Assembly: GCA_029974275.1 (NCBI GenBank)
Contig: JARKSN010000276.1
Span: 2,721-66,720 of the forward strand
Direction of reading: 5' to 3'
DNA length: 64,000 nt
From: Candidatus Hydrogenedentota bacterium
GTDB lineage: Bacteria; Hydrogenedentota; Hydrogenedentia; Hydrogenedentales; SLHB01
Made by a program: the position numbers and the translations under genes. Each line of letters begins with the position of its first letter. Position 1 is the stretch's first letter. Below are positions 1 through 9,533 of the stretch, in pieces. The notes below the pieces were generated by a model. It did no database searches, was not told where the DNA came from, and worked only from the letters and a program-made list of their open reading frames with translations.

Positions 1-1562
1 TGGGCAGCGCCAATCCCTACCTCGAATGGGCCACCCAAGACGCCCCCGACTTCTCGCCGCAACGGCGCATGTATTTCGCCCCCATCGAGTCGAATGAATT
101 CGTCTACGCCATGATCCCCATGCACCAGCACCCCGCATGGAAAGGCGCGTTCAACCGATTGCGCATTCGGTTCGACAATTCCACGTCCGGCGCGCACGTG
201 GGCATACAAGCCCTGTTCACCCAGTTCGACACGCGCCATACCATCAACGCATCCAACTTCATCCGGGGCTGCGCCAAATATTTCTCTTGGACCAAAGACC
301 TCGCATTTCTGCGGCAGAACATCAACCGCATGCGGACCGCGTTGCGCTACGACCTCACGGAATTCCGGACACAAAAAGAAGGCGTCGTGCACGCGCCGTG
401 GATCGGACACGAAGGTCGCAGTGGAGTGGTCCTCGACGCCGAAGGGAAGAAGACCATTCTTCCCGGCGAAGGCATCGGCGGCAACTACTGGGACCTGCTT
501 CCTTTCGGCGGCAAAGACGCGTACGCGACAGTGCAACACTACGATGCGGTGCGTTGGATGGCTCAGGTCGAACGGGCCATCGCCGCGCACCCGGAATGGA
601 ACATCCCCGTGGGGGCCCTCGCGTTCGATCCGGCAGATCTGGAACGTCACGCCGACCGCGTCAAACGCACGGGAAATCGCCTCTTCTGGAACCGCGAAAC
701 CGGGCGTTTTGTCGCCGCCATCGATGATGACGGAAAGACCCACGACTACGGCTTCACCTTCCTGAATCTCGAAGCGGTGCACTACGGTTTCGCGACGGAG
801 GCGCACGCGCGATCGATCCTGTCCTGGATCAACGGAGACCGGATCGTGAAAAGCGACATATCCCAAGGCGCAGACATCTATCACTGGCGCTTTGGGCCGC
901 GATCTACGACCAAACGAAATCTTGACTACTACGCCTTCGTGTGGAGCGGCCCCGAGACCATTCCGTGGGGCGATCAAGTGCAAGATGGCGGCGCCGTGCT
1001 GGGGTTCTCGTATCACGACCTCATGGCGCGCCTGAATGTGCTCGGACCGGACAACGCCGCCGCGCGCTTGAAAAAGATCGCGGCATGGTTTGACGAAACC
1101 GTGGCGGCAGGCGGCTACCGAAAATACTACGACGGATCGCGCCCCGGCACGATGCAAGGCTCCGGAACGCCCGGCGGCCTGGGACTCGACATGGAATTTT
1201 TCGAGAGCGCGCTCGTGCCGCAGGTTCTCGTCGACGGGTTCCTTGGATTGCGCCCAACGCCGGAAGGATTTGCGATCAAACCCAACCTGCCCAGCGACTG
1301 GCCCGAACTCACCGTGACCCGCATCCGCATCGCAGACGGCGTCTGGCGCATCCGCGCGATGCATGACGCGATCGAACTGACGCTCGAATCGGTCGCCGGC
1401 GCCGCCGATTTTCCGATCGTGATCACGTGGCCCCAAAAGACATGGACGCTCGCACAGCCTGCCGCATCGGAAGCAAGCGTTCTAACGGCATGCGCCCCCG
1501 GCTCCGCCACGATCCCAATACAACAGCCACTGACCATAACCCTGGCGCGAAAAAAGGACTAA
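1..1562 (+). CDS. hypothetical protein, 5'-truncated at the window edge; possibly a glycoside-hydrolase-like (alpha/alpha)6-barrel protein
   Basis: Frame 3 is open from base 3 (GSANPYLEWATQD...) into the listed ORF 69..1562, so the gene probably starts upstream of the window. The sequence looks protein-like (GGNYWDLLPFGGKDAYATVQHYDAVRWM, DGGAVLGFSYHDLMARLNVLG). The fold assignment is only an impression. Confidence 0.6.
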   Translation, partial: GSANPYLEWATQDAPDFSPQRRMYFAPIESNEFVYAMIPMHQHPAWKGAFNRLRIRFDNSTSGAHVGIQALFTQFDTRHTINASNFIRGCAKYFSWTKDLAFLRQNINRMRTALRYDLTEFRTQKEGVVHAPWIGHEGRSGVVLDAEGKKTILPGEGIGGNYWDLLPFGGKDAYATVQHYDAVRWMAQVERAIAAHPEWNIPVGALAFDPADLERHADRVKRTGNRLFWNRETGRFVAAIDDDGKTHDYGFTFLNLEAVHYGFATEAHARSILSWINGDRIVKSDISQGADIYHWRFGPRSTTKRNLDYYAFVWSGPETIPWGDQVQDGGAVLGFSYHDLMARLNVLGPDNAAARLKKIAAWFDETVAAGGYRKYYDGSRPGTMQGSGTPGGLGLDMEFFESALVPQVLVDGFLGLRPTPEGFAIKPNLPSDWPELTVTRIRIADGVWRIRAMHDAIELTLESVAGAADFPIVITWPQKTWTLAQPAASEASVLTACAPGSATIPIQQPLTITLARKKD

Positions 1563-1694
1563 CCGCGATCGCCCTATTCCATGCGTCTCGGCGCTTGACG
1601 GAATTCAGGCAAGGGCGTTCAGGACTCTTCGTCATGAAATCGCCTGCAGATACGCGCGACGCCAGCCACCGCATGTCGCTCACGCAAGCTTCGC

Positions 1695-3074
1695 CTATTT
1701 CCCGCTATTGAGCCCGATTTGCAGGTCCGCCTTCTTGGCGGCCCTGCTGTCAATGACAACGCCTCCCCGCATACGATTGCCGACGATGATCGCCGACTGG
1801 CTGGCCGCCCCCAAACGCACCTTGAGAGCCCGGGAACGTTTCATGGAAAAATCACTGCCCGTAAGGGTGATCGCATCGCAATTCGCCTCGATGGCCGCAG
1901 CGCCGTTGCGCCTCTTGTCCCAATCATGAAACCGGCACGCCGAAAACAGAACCGTCGCGGGCCCCGCAAGCTTTGCATGATAGTCCGTTCCCTTGCCCGG
2001 CCAGAATCCAACCGCCACAAGACTGACGAGCGTCTGTCGCGTCACGGAGACTTCCAGCCCGCTCATCAAGCTGGCGTTGACAATGGAAATCGGAGCATGC
2101 GCATGACTCGCCTCGATGTTGACGGCGCAAGGGGAAACGTCCGAATATAGATTCGTGTACATGCCCGAACCGCCTCCGTGCCCCGCGTCGACAAAATGAA
2201 ATCCGATGTTGTAGCCGATCTGAAATAGGTTCACGCCTTCCTCGCCATCGGTGCGCGCGATGAGAAAAGCGACCCCCTTCTCGTACGTGAACCGGCAAAC
2301 GTCACTGGCAAGATCGGGATTCCAAAAAGGCCAGAAATGGATGTTCTCGATGCGGCCCACATCGTAACATTGATCGATGAACAAGCCCCTATAGAGAGCC
2401 TGCGCATAGAGCCCGTTGATGTAATGCCTCCCGCAAAACTCGGTTCCAAAATCAACCGCCTGATACGGATTCACCAGGGTGACGCTCAGGATGCTGTTGT
2501 TGTCGCCCCGGCCTCGCACCGTCCACGGATACGCCTGAGGCGGATTCGTGGGCGTCTGCTCCGGATAGAAAACCGTCAATCCCTTCAACACCGAGCTACT
2601 GTTCAACGTCAGGAAAGGAGACCCATTGGGATCGCCCTTCCCCTCTGTGGGAAGCAGGACGGTGCCGCTGTCGAGAACGTCGGCGCGCGATGGGGCGCGC
2701 CACAAACCTTCGAGCGTGACATTCGCCGGAATGTTGAGATGGCCTTTGATTAGGAAACGTCCCGCTCCCGCCTTCACCACCCCGCCCGTCTTTCCGGCGG
2801 CGTCAAGAGCCTCTTGGAACGCCTCCGTATCGTCGGCGATCCCATCGCCCTTGGCGCCAAACGCATGAACCGTGAATTCCCCCGGAAGCAACGCATTGGC
2901 CCGCGCCGCCGGCGAAACGACTTCTCCTGTGGAAAAGACCGGGGGCGCAGGCTTGCCAACGGCATCCTCCACGGAAAAAGGCGCGGCGCCGACCTCCGCC
3001 AACGCCGCCGCTCCGCCCAAGAACGAAAACGTCCACGCCATCAACGCCGCCCTAAACGCATACCCGCATCGCAA
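1695..3074 (-). CDS. secreted pectate-lyase-superfamily (right-handed beta-helix, Pectate_lyase_3-like) protein
   Basis: It carries FGAKGDGIADDTEAFQEALDAAGKTGG, typical of PF12708-type beta-helix proteins. It shares YPEQ..NPP.AYPWT, AVDFGT..CGRHY and DQCYDVGR..NIHFWPF blocks with the upstream gene. A TTG at 3074 lies 4 nt after the upstream stop and is preceded by GAGGA; it yields a signal-peptide-like N-terminus (RCGYAFRAALMAWTFSFLGGAAALA). ATG 3041 is an alternative start. The long N-terminal extension of the listed ORF (to 3359) overlaps the upstream gene and is rejected. Confidence 0.75.
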   Translation of the reverse strand: MRCGYAFRAALMAWTFSFLGGAAALAEVGAAPFSVEDAVGKPAPPVFSTGEVVSPAARANALLPGEFTVHAFGAKGDGIADDTEAFQEALDAAGKTGGVVKAGAGRFLIKGHLNIPANVTLEGLWRAPSRADVLDSGTVLLPTEGKGDPNGSPFLTLNSSSVLKGLTVFYPEQTPTNPPQAYPWTVRGRGDNNSILSVTLVNPYQAVDFGTEFCGRHYINGLYAQALYRGLFIDQCYDVGRIENIHFWPFWNPDLASDVCRFTYEKGVAFLIARTDGEEGVNLFQIGYNIGFHFVDAGHGGGSGMYTNLYSDVSPCAVNIEASHAHAPISIVNASLMSGLEVSVTRQTLVSLVAVGFWPGKGTDYHAKLAGPATVLFSACRFHDWDKRRNGAAAIEANCDAITLTGSDFSMKRSRALKVRLGAASQSAIIVGNRMRGGVVIDSRAAKKADLQIGLNSGK

Positions 3075-3078
3075 CGCG

Positions 3079-5085
3079 CTATTTCCTCTTTTTCTTGTCA
3101 CCGGCCGTTCCCGCCCTGGGGGAATTGGGATCGAGCAGCAGCAGCGCCTTGCCTTTTTTGTCGCGCGCCTCCACCATGAACTCCCAGAATGTGCCGGAAC
3201 CATCCTCAACCTTGACCAAAATCCTGTTGACGCCCCTCTGCGCGCGAATCGAAAATTTGTCCTGGGCGGGGGCGAACAACCGGCCGGGCGTCCATACGCG
3301 ATGCACAAGTTCGCCGTTGACCCATACCTTCGCGCTGTCCGCCGACCCAAACAAAACATCTATCGTCTCGGCCTTTTGGGCCTCGAACTCGGCATACGCA
3401 TAGGCGACCTTTCCGTTCGCCTTCAGACGCCGTGCAAAATCCAGCCGCGCGGCGTCATTGGTGGGAACATTGACGGCCACAACCGTCTGCTTGACGCCCT
3501 GCTCGTCCTCGTAATCCACCGTCGCGCCAGGCTTGATAACCGCCGCCGCCTCACCGCCAAGCGACGTCAAATAATCCGTGTCGTATCCCGCGCGCGTAGG
3601 CGCGTCGCCCTGCGGCGCAGGCGTGACGGCAGGATTCGGAAACGGCCCAAGGATCGTCCAACGTCGAATGCAGGCATCAACTTTATTCCCCGCGTTAAGA
3701 CCAATTTGCACATCGGCATATCGGGGAGCCTCGTTGACAATGGACACCCCCCCAGACATCAGATTGGACGTCACGACGGCATCGCGGACATTGGGGCCAA
3801 GCCGCACTTTCGTCAGGTTGGGACGGATCGACAGAAAATCGCAGCCGGTGATGATGACCCGGCGCGCGTTGGCGTCGATGCACGGAGCGCCCGTCTCCGC
3901 CCGATCCCAATTGGCAAAATGACACGCCTCGAAATAAACGGGCGCCGTCCCCTCGATCGCGGCGTGCGTATCAAGATCGGACGTCGCCCAAAAACCACAC
4001 CCGTTGAAACGAATGGGGCCCCGGTTTCGCGGTCCCACGACGACCTTCGACATGAAAAAACTGTTTGTGAAGCTATATCCGGCGTTTTCCATGGAATCAT
4101 CGACCTTGAGCGCGCAAGGAGAAACATCAAGATACAGGTTCGTGAACGCCGCCGATCCGCCCTGATATTCGACCCGCAACGGCTCGCCGGGTTTAGTTTG
4201 CGGAATGGGTCCCCCGATCATATGCATGCCAATACCGTAAAAAATGCTGAAGCAATTCGAAACGAGCTCGCCGTCGGTGCGCCCAAATTTGAACGACGTT
4301 CCGTTGGTTCGGGTGTATTCCCACAGAGGACTCTTGGGATCGAGATCATAGAACGGCCAAAAGTGAATGTTGTTCAGCCGACCGACATCGTAGCATTGGT
4401 CCACATAAATGCCCATTTTAAGGGCATGCGCATACAAACCATCCACATAGTGACGTCCGCACGCAAACGTGCCAAAATCCACGGCTTGAAAGGAACTGAC
4501 CATCGTCACATTCAAAATGCCGCAATCATCGCCCTGCCCCTGAATGGTCCACGGATAGGCATGCGGCGGATTCGCGCGAATCTGCTCGGGATAAAAGATG
4601 GTCACGCCCGCCAGACACGTGTCGCTCTTCATCACAATGAACGGCGTGCCATCCGGATTCCCTTTCCCCTCCACCGCGAGGAGGACTGTGCCCTTTCCCC
4701 TAGGCTCCCCCCGCTGCGGTTTCCGCCACACCCCCTGAAGAGAAACATGCGGCGGAAGAACAAGGTGCGTTTTGATCAAAAATTCGCCCGTAGGCAGCTC
4801 AACCGTCCCGCCACCATCGTCAGCGGCCGCATTCAGAGCCTTCTGAATGGCCATGGTGTCATCGGCAACCCCATCGCCCTTGGCGCCGAATTCCATGGCA
4901 TTGTACACCCCCCGATGCGCCGGAGATCGGTGTGCGCGCGGATCGGCCGGCACGCCCTCGCCCATGCGATCCAGCGCTTGCTGCAACGCCTCCAGATCCG
5001 CGGAAATGGATGATTGGGCCGCTCCGGCCATGCTTCCCCACGCAAAAAGAAACAAAAATGCCCCAAAAAATGACAGCTTTTTCAT
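3079..5085 (-). CDS. secreted pectate-lyase-superfamily beta-helix protein with a C-terminal beta-sandwich-like domain
   Basis: ATG at 5085 is preceded by AAGGA. The N-terminus MKKLSFFGAFLFLFAWGSMAGAA looks like a signal peptide. The FGAKGDGVADDTMAIQKALNAA motif is present. An extra ~200 aa follow the helix (RRWTILGPFPNP...VWVNGELVHRVW...). It is a paralogue of 1695..3074. Confidence 0.8.
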   Translation of the reverse strand: MKKLSFFGAFLFLFAWGSMAGAAQSSISADLEALQQALDRMGEGVPADPRAHRSPAHRGVYNAMEFGAKGDGVADDTMAIQKALNAAADDGGGTVELPTGEFLIKTHLVLPPHVSLQGVWRKPQRGEPRGKGTVLLAVEGKGNPDGTPFIVMKSDTCLAGVTIFYPEQIRANPPHAYPWTIQGQGDDCGILNVTMVSSFQAVDFGTFACGRHYVDGLYAHALKMGIYVDQCYDVGRLNNIHFWPFYDLDPKSPLWEYTRTNGTSFKFGRTDGELVSNCFSIFYGIGMHMIGGPIPQTKPGEPLRVEYQGGSAAFTNLYLDVSPCALKVDDSMENAGYSFTNSFFMSKVVVGPRNRGPIRFNGCGFWATSDLDTHAAIEGTAPVYFEACHFANWDRAETGAPCIDANARRVIITGCDFLSIRPNLTKVRLGPNVRDAVVTSNLMSGGVSIVNEAPRYADVQIGLNAGNKVDACIRRWTILGPFPNPAVTPAPQGDAPTRAGYDTDYLTSLGGEAAAVIKPGATVDYEDEQGVKQTVVAVNVPTNDAARLDFARRLKANGKVAYAYAEFEAQKAETIDVLFGSADSAKVWVNGELVHRVWTPGRLFAPAQDKFSIRAQRGVNRILVKVEDGSGTFWEFMVEARDKKGKALLLLDPNSPRAGTAGDKKKRK

Positions 5086-5248
5086 TGGCCTATCCTTGTC
5101 GGTTAAACGCCTTGGACGCCGCACACATCAAACGGTCGCTTGCTTTCCACAATCTACAGCATAGCGGATTTTTGTAAATTTGTCCTCCCCGCATCCTGGG
5201 CAAAGGCAAGCAAGCCCCGCTTTTCGCCCCACCGCATCCGACGCCTCG

Positions 5249-7375
5249 TCACGCGTCGCCGCGAAGCAGCCGCAGGCTGTTGAAAATCACCAGCAGCGAT
5301 GCGCCCATGTCGGCGGCAATGGCGCCCCAAAGCGTGGCAACCCCCGCAAACGCAAGCGCGATGAAAAGGACTTTGATCCCAATCGAACAAGCAACGTTCT
5401 CGCGAATCGTCGCAAGCGTGCGGCGCGAATGACGCACAAGCCACGGAAGCTTCGCAAGATCGTCCGACATCAACGCGATATCCGCCGTCTCGATGGCCGC
5501 GTCGCTTCCCGCAGCCCCCATTGCGATCCCCAACGAAGAGGCGGCCATGGCAGGGGCGTCGTTAACGCCATCGCCCACCATCGCGACAAAACCATGACGG
5601 CGCCGCATCGCCTCGATGACGCGCACCTTGTCCTGCGGCAATAATTCGGCATGCCACGACTCAATGCCGCATGCCTCCGCCACGCCGCGCGCAGTGCCCT
5701 CGTGGTCGCCGGTAAGCAACGCAATATGGGCTATGCCGATCGCCCTCAACGCCTGCACCGTCTCCGCCGCTTCAGGCCGAACCCCGTCCGCGACGCTGAT
5801 GAGCCCGCACACATGATCATCGTTTCCCACCGCCAGCACCGAGTGCCCCGCGTCCTCGAATGCATTGGCGCGCTCGTGAAAATTCGGATGCTCCAAGCCC
5901 GTCTCGTGCAAAAGCCGATGACTGCCCACCCAAAACGGCCTTCCCCCGATCTCGCCGCTCGCTCCCTTCCCATGAATTTCGGCATACCGGCTCGCGGGCG
6001 CATAGGCAATGCCCTCCTCCTGCGCCTTGCGGATGATGGCTCGGGCAAGAGGATGATTGCTGTGCGCCTCCATGGCCGCCGCGCGCTCGAGAAGCTCTTT
6101 GTCCGTATGGCCATTGAGCGGGACTATGCGCTGCACCGTGGGCTTGCCATACGTGAGCGTGCCCGTCTTGTCCATCGCGATGGCGCGCAGGCGCGCAGGC
6201 ATTTCAAGATAAACGCCGCCTTTGATGAGCACCCCCGCGTGCGCCGCCGCCGCCAACCCCGCCAAAATGCTCACCGGAGTCGAAATCACCAGCGCACAAG
6301 GACACGCAATGACCAGCAACGTCAGCGCTCTGTACAAGGCATCATTCCAAGCAGCCCCGAACACAAGCGGCGGAACTGCGGCTGCGCACACGGCAAGAAC
6401 CATCATGGCAGGCGTGTAATACCGCGCAAAGCGCTCGACCCACTGCTCCGAAGGAGCCCGGCGCGCCTGCGCCTCCTCCACCATGCGCACAATGCGCGCG
6501 AGGGTCGTGTCGGCGGCGGGACGAGTCGCCCGAAACTCAAAGGCCCCCTCGTTGTTGACCGTGCCAGCATACACCTCATCGCCCGCCCGCTTCGCGACCG
6601 GATTGGATTCGCCGGTGATGGGGGCCTGGTTAATAGACGTTTCGCCTGCCGTAACGACGCCATCCAACGGAACGCGCTCGCCCGGACGCACCAAAACGGT
6701 CACGCCAACGGGCACTTCCTGCACCGGTTTTTCGAGGATATCGCCGTCATGAGGACAGATGTAGCGCGCCTGGAGCGGAGTCTGATCGATGAGCGTTCGA
6801 ATGGCGCGGCGCGCCCGCGCCACGCTACGCGATTCCAACAGCAACGCAAGCGCAAACAAAAACGCGACGGTCGCCGCTTCCGACCACTCGCCAATGCCAA
6901 TCGCTCCAAACACGGCGATGACCATGAGCAGATTCATGTCGGGACGCATCCGCTTGGCCGATGACCATGCCTTGGGCAGGACAAACCACGCTCCCAGCAG
7001 CACGCCGAGAAGGTACAGCCCGCGAATCACTATCGGGGGAACGCCCGGCATCAAATCGAACACAACGCCCGCCACAAGGAATGTGCCGCTCGCCAGACAA
7101 AAGGCAAAACGCCCCTGCCGCTGCCAACGCGTCTCGGCGAAACAAGCGCCGCAACCTTTCTCTGTTTCTACGGCATGCAACCCCGCGCGCGCCACGGCGC
7201 GAACGACGTCTTCCGAGGAAAAAGCGCCCCCCCCTCGCTTCACCGTCATGTGGCCATTCAGGAGATCAAAAGACAGAAAACCATCGCCCCCAACCACTCG
7301 GCCCACTTCACGGCGCAACGCCGCGACCTCTTCGGCGCAATCCATGCCGCGTATGGCATACACCCAAGGTTCCAC
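5249..7375 (-). CDS. heavy-metal (Zn/Cd/Pb-type) translocating P1B-type ATPase
   Basis: N-terminal HMA-like GMDCAEEV, the CPCALVISTP transmembrane metal site, DKTGTLT phosphorylation motif, HPLARAI and GDGVNDAPAMA. The start codon at 7375 is GTG. Metal specificity is inferred from the CPC motif only. Confidence 0.93.
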   Translation of the reverse strand: MEPWVYAIRGMDCAEEVAALRREVGRVVGGDGFLSFDLLNGHMTVKRGGGAFSSEDVVRAVARAGLHAVETEKGCGACFAETRWQRQGRFAFCLASGTFLVAGVVFDLMPGVPPIVIRGLYLLGVLLGAWFVLPKAWSSAKRMRPDMNLLMVIAVFGAIGIGEWSEAATVAFLFALALLLESRSVARARRAIRTLIDQTPLQARYICPHDGDILEKPVQEVPVGVTVLVRPGERVPLDGVVTAGETSINQAPITGESNPVAKRAGDEVYAGTVNNEGAFEFRATRPAADTTLARIVRMVEEAQARRAPSEQWVERFARYYTPAMMVLAVCAAAVPPLVFGAAWNDALYRALTLLVIACPCALVISTPVSILAGLAAAAHAGVLIKGGVYLEMPARLRAIAMDKTGTLTYGKPTVQRIVPLNGHTDKELLERAAAMEAHSNHPLARAIIRKAQEEGIAYAPASRYAEIHGKGASGEIGGRPFWVGSHRLLHETGLEHPNFHERANAFEDAGHSVLAVGNDDHVCGLISVADGVRPEAAETVQALRAIGIAHIALLTGDHEGTARGVAEACGIESWHAELLPQDKVRVIEAMRRRHGFVAMVGDGVNDAPAMAASSLGIAMGAAGSDAAIETADIALMSDDLAKLPWLVRHSRRTLATIRENVACSIGIKVLFIALAFAGVATLWGAIAADMGASLLVIFNSLRLLRGDA

Positions 7376-7665
7376 TACGGTTCACCCATAGGTTTCCTCG
7401 TTTGGGCTCCCGGCCTTGCCGTTCAACCCTACCGTTCGGCGAAAAACGGGCCGCGTCTCCCTTTTCCGGAACGCGAACCTGGAACGACCTCACCTCAGAA
7501 ACACGCCGTGGATGCCCGATATTCGTTCCAAACCGCGCCCAATCCGATTAGCCCATCGATCCTTCCAGGGCATCTTTCGGAAACAATGCGTCGCATGGCG
7601 TGCGCGAAATCGCCCTCCTTGAAAACGCTTTCCAAAGAAACCGGCCATGCCCCGCGCCAAACGCC

Positions 7666-8106
7666 CTATCGCCCCTGAGAACGTTCGTATTCCGCGGAAA
7701 CGGAGCTCGCCAAGCCCCCGCGCGGGTTGCACGCGATGACCACGCTCATGCGCACCGGATCACACGCACGCACAAGGTCTTCGAGCATGCGATTGACAAG
7801 ATGTTCGTACCAGATTCCGACATTGCGATAACTCATGAGGTAATATTTCAGCGACCGCAATTCGATGCATTTCGCGTGAGGCGTATACGTAATGGTCACG
7901 CGCGCAAAATCGGGAAGCCCCGAAAACGGACATACCGAAGTGAACTCGTCCGTCGTCGTGACAACATCGATGGCGCGCCCGCGATACGCATACTCAAAAC
8001 ATTCGAGACAACGCGTCTCAATGGCCTCCGGCCCCTGAAAGGGAACCGATTTGTCGAGCGCTTGGAAGGCGTCGCGGACCTTGCTCGGAGCATCTTTCTT
8101 CTTCAT
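7666..8106 (-). CDS. queF: NADPH-dependent 7-cyano-7-deazaguanine (preQ0) reductase, unimodular type
   Basis: FTSVCPFSGLPDF contains the catalytic Cys and ELRSLKYYL is the QueF motif; the size (~146 aa) fits the unimodular type. The start at MKKKDAPSK (8106) lies 20 nt after the stop of the upstream radical SAM gene. The longer listed ORF would overlap that gene. Confidence 0.88.
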   Translation of the reverse strand: MKKKDAPSKVRDAFQALDKSVPFQGPEAIETRCLECFEYAYRGRAIDVVTTTDEFTSVCPFSGLPDFARVTITYTPHAKCIELRSLKYYLMSYRNVGIWYEHLVNRMLEDLVRACDPVRMSVVIACNPRGGLASSVSAEYERSQGR

Positions 8107-8126
8107 TGCTGCGTCTCCCGTATCGA

Positions 8127-9533
8127 TTATGCCCACAGCGCGGCGCGCAAACGAAGAAGCGTCCGGAACATGGGTTCCGTAAGCCCCTGCTCGCGGCGAA
8201 GCTTCTCGGCGGCGCGGACAAGCTCGGGGGGCGGCGTGATCTCCGAAGCGCGCAAGCAATTAGGGCGCAACGACAAACATTCATCCATGAAATGGGTCAT
8301 TCGATCGCCCGGCACGAGCGGAGAAGCGTAAAAACACGGATTGAGCATAGGCTGATCGCACGGGATCACGCCCTGCTCGACGGCAATCGCATGAAGCCGG
8401 GTGTTGGGATAAATCCGAAGCCCCTGCGCGACATGAACAAGGTCCACCGGCGCAATGCACGCGTCGATGAAATCAAACGTTTCCTGGATGGTTTCTTCAT
8501 TTTCCCCTGGCCCGCCAAACACGAAAAACCACATCGTCGGCATATCGTGCGCCCGAATCAACGCGGCGGTCTGCCGCAACGCATCGAGCGTGAATCCCTT
8601 CCGCATCCCCTGCAACGTCCGGGGCGAAGCGGCGTCGGGCGTGCAATCGATCTGCACAAAACCAGCCGCCTTCATCAAATCGAGCGTCTCGCCCGTGACG
8701 CCCATCGGGTTGATGCCCATCGATCGCAGCCGAACCTGCAACCCCCGGCGCACGATCTCGCGGCACACATCCTCCAGCAACCCTGCCGGAGCGTTCAACG
8801 TCGAGTCGACGAACTCGAACATGACATCGCCGATCCGATCACGCGTTTCTTGCAGTTCATCCACAATGCGCATCACGGATCGCACGCGATAACGCCCCCC
8901 CTCGATGGCCGGATACGTGCAATAAACGCACTCGCGGTCACAGCCCCGTTTCATTTGCAGCGAATACGCCCCCTTGGACCGGTACGGCGTAAAATCGATC
9001 CAGCTATCCAGACGCGGAAACGGCAGCGCGTCCGGATCCAGCGCGATCGCGCCAGCCGCCGCCCCCCTGCCTCTGCCCGACACAACCCGCGGAATGGAAG
9101 TCGCATCCGCGCCCGCGTCGAGCGCGCGCAACAATGCGGGAAACGCCGCCTCCCCCTCCCCGGCCACGCCAAAATCCGCCCCGAGCGCCTCCATCACTTC
9201 TGGCGCCAAAATCGTGAAACCCGCCCCCCCAAGTATCATCGGAGCCCCAGTGCAACTCCGGATGGGCTCGACAACCTGGGCGCGGATGGCGTCCAGGTAA
9301 TACTGCGGCCGCTCCATCGTTACATTATCGATGTTCCGAATGCTGAGCCCCACATAGTCCGGCCTGAAATCCTCAGTCGCCGCGACCAAGGCCGCCACAT
9401 CCCCCTGTAGACCGTCGAAAACGCGCACCTCGTATTCGTTCGCGACGGCATGGGCGACGGAACACAGTCCGATCGGGGGAATGGGATACGGCGCGGTGAC
9501 CGTGTTGGTGTTGATCAGCAGAACTTTTTTCAC
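8127..9533 (-). CDS. B12-binding-domain radical SAM enzyme
   Basis: The N-terminus is Rossmann-like (MKKVLLINTNTVTAPYPIPPIGL, then DYVGLSIRN), as in cobalamin-binding domains. The CDRECVYC sequence is the CxxxCxxC radical SAM cluster motif. The GTG start at 9533 overlaps the carrier-protein stop (GTGA). Confidence 0.88.
   Translation of the reverse strand: MKKVLLINTNTVTAPYPIPPIGLCSVAHAVANEYEVRVFDGLQGDVAALVAATEDFRPDYVGLSIRNIDNVTMERPQYYLDAIRAQVVEPIRSCTGAPMILGGAGFTILAPEVMEALGADFGVAGEGEAAFPALLRALDAGADATSIPRVVSGRGRGAAAGAIALDPDALPFPRLDSWIDFTPYRSKGAYSLQMKRGCDRECVYCTYPAIEGGRYRVRSVMRIVDELQETRDRIGDVMFEFVDSTLNAPAGLLEDVCREIVRRGLQVRLRSMGINPMGVTGETLDLMKAAGFVQIDCTPDAASPRTLQGMRKGFTLDALRQTAALIRAHDMPTMWFFVFGGPGENEETIQETFDFIDACIAPVDLVHVAQGLRIYPNTRLHAIAVEQGVIPCDQPMLNPCFYASPLVPGDRMTHFMDECLSLRPNCLRASEITPPPELVRAAEKLRREQGLTEPMFRTLLRLRAALWA

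Noticed and set aside
2872-5013. A 713-aa ORF on the + strand. Similar long ORFs occur at 5651..6964(+), 8106..9410(+), 12056..13402(+), 15009..16286(-), 25991..27628(-), 35318..37609(+), 38677..39804(+), 49443..50675(+) and 50640..51965(-).
   Set aside because: All lie antisense to or out of frame with genes that carry strong family motifs. Their translations are Arg/Pro/His/Gly-rich low-complexity strings with no recognisable motifs. This is typical of stop-codon-poor shadow frames in high-GC DNA.
8107-8126. A possible preQ1 riboswitch or other regulatory RNA ahead of queF.
   Set aside because: The gap to the upstream stop codon is only 20 nt, too short for any known riboswitch aptamer. 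queF appears to be read through from the upstream gene.
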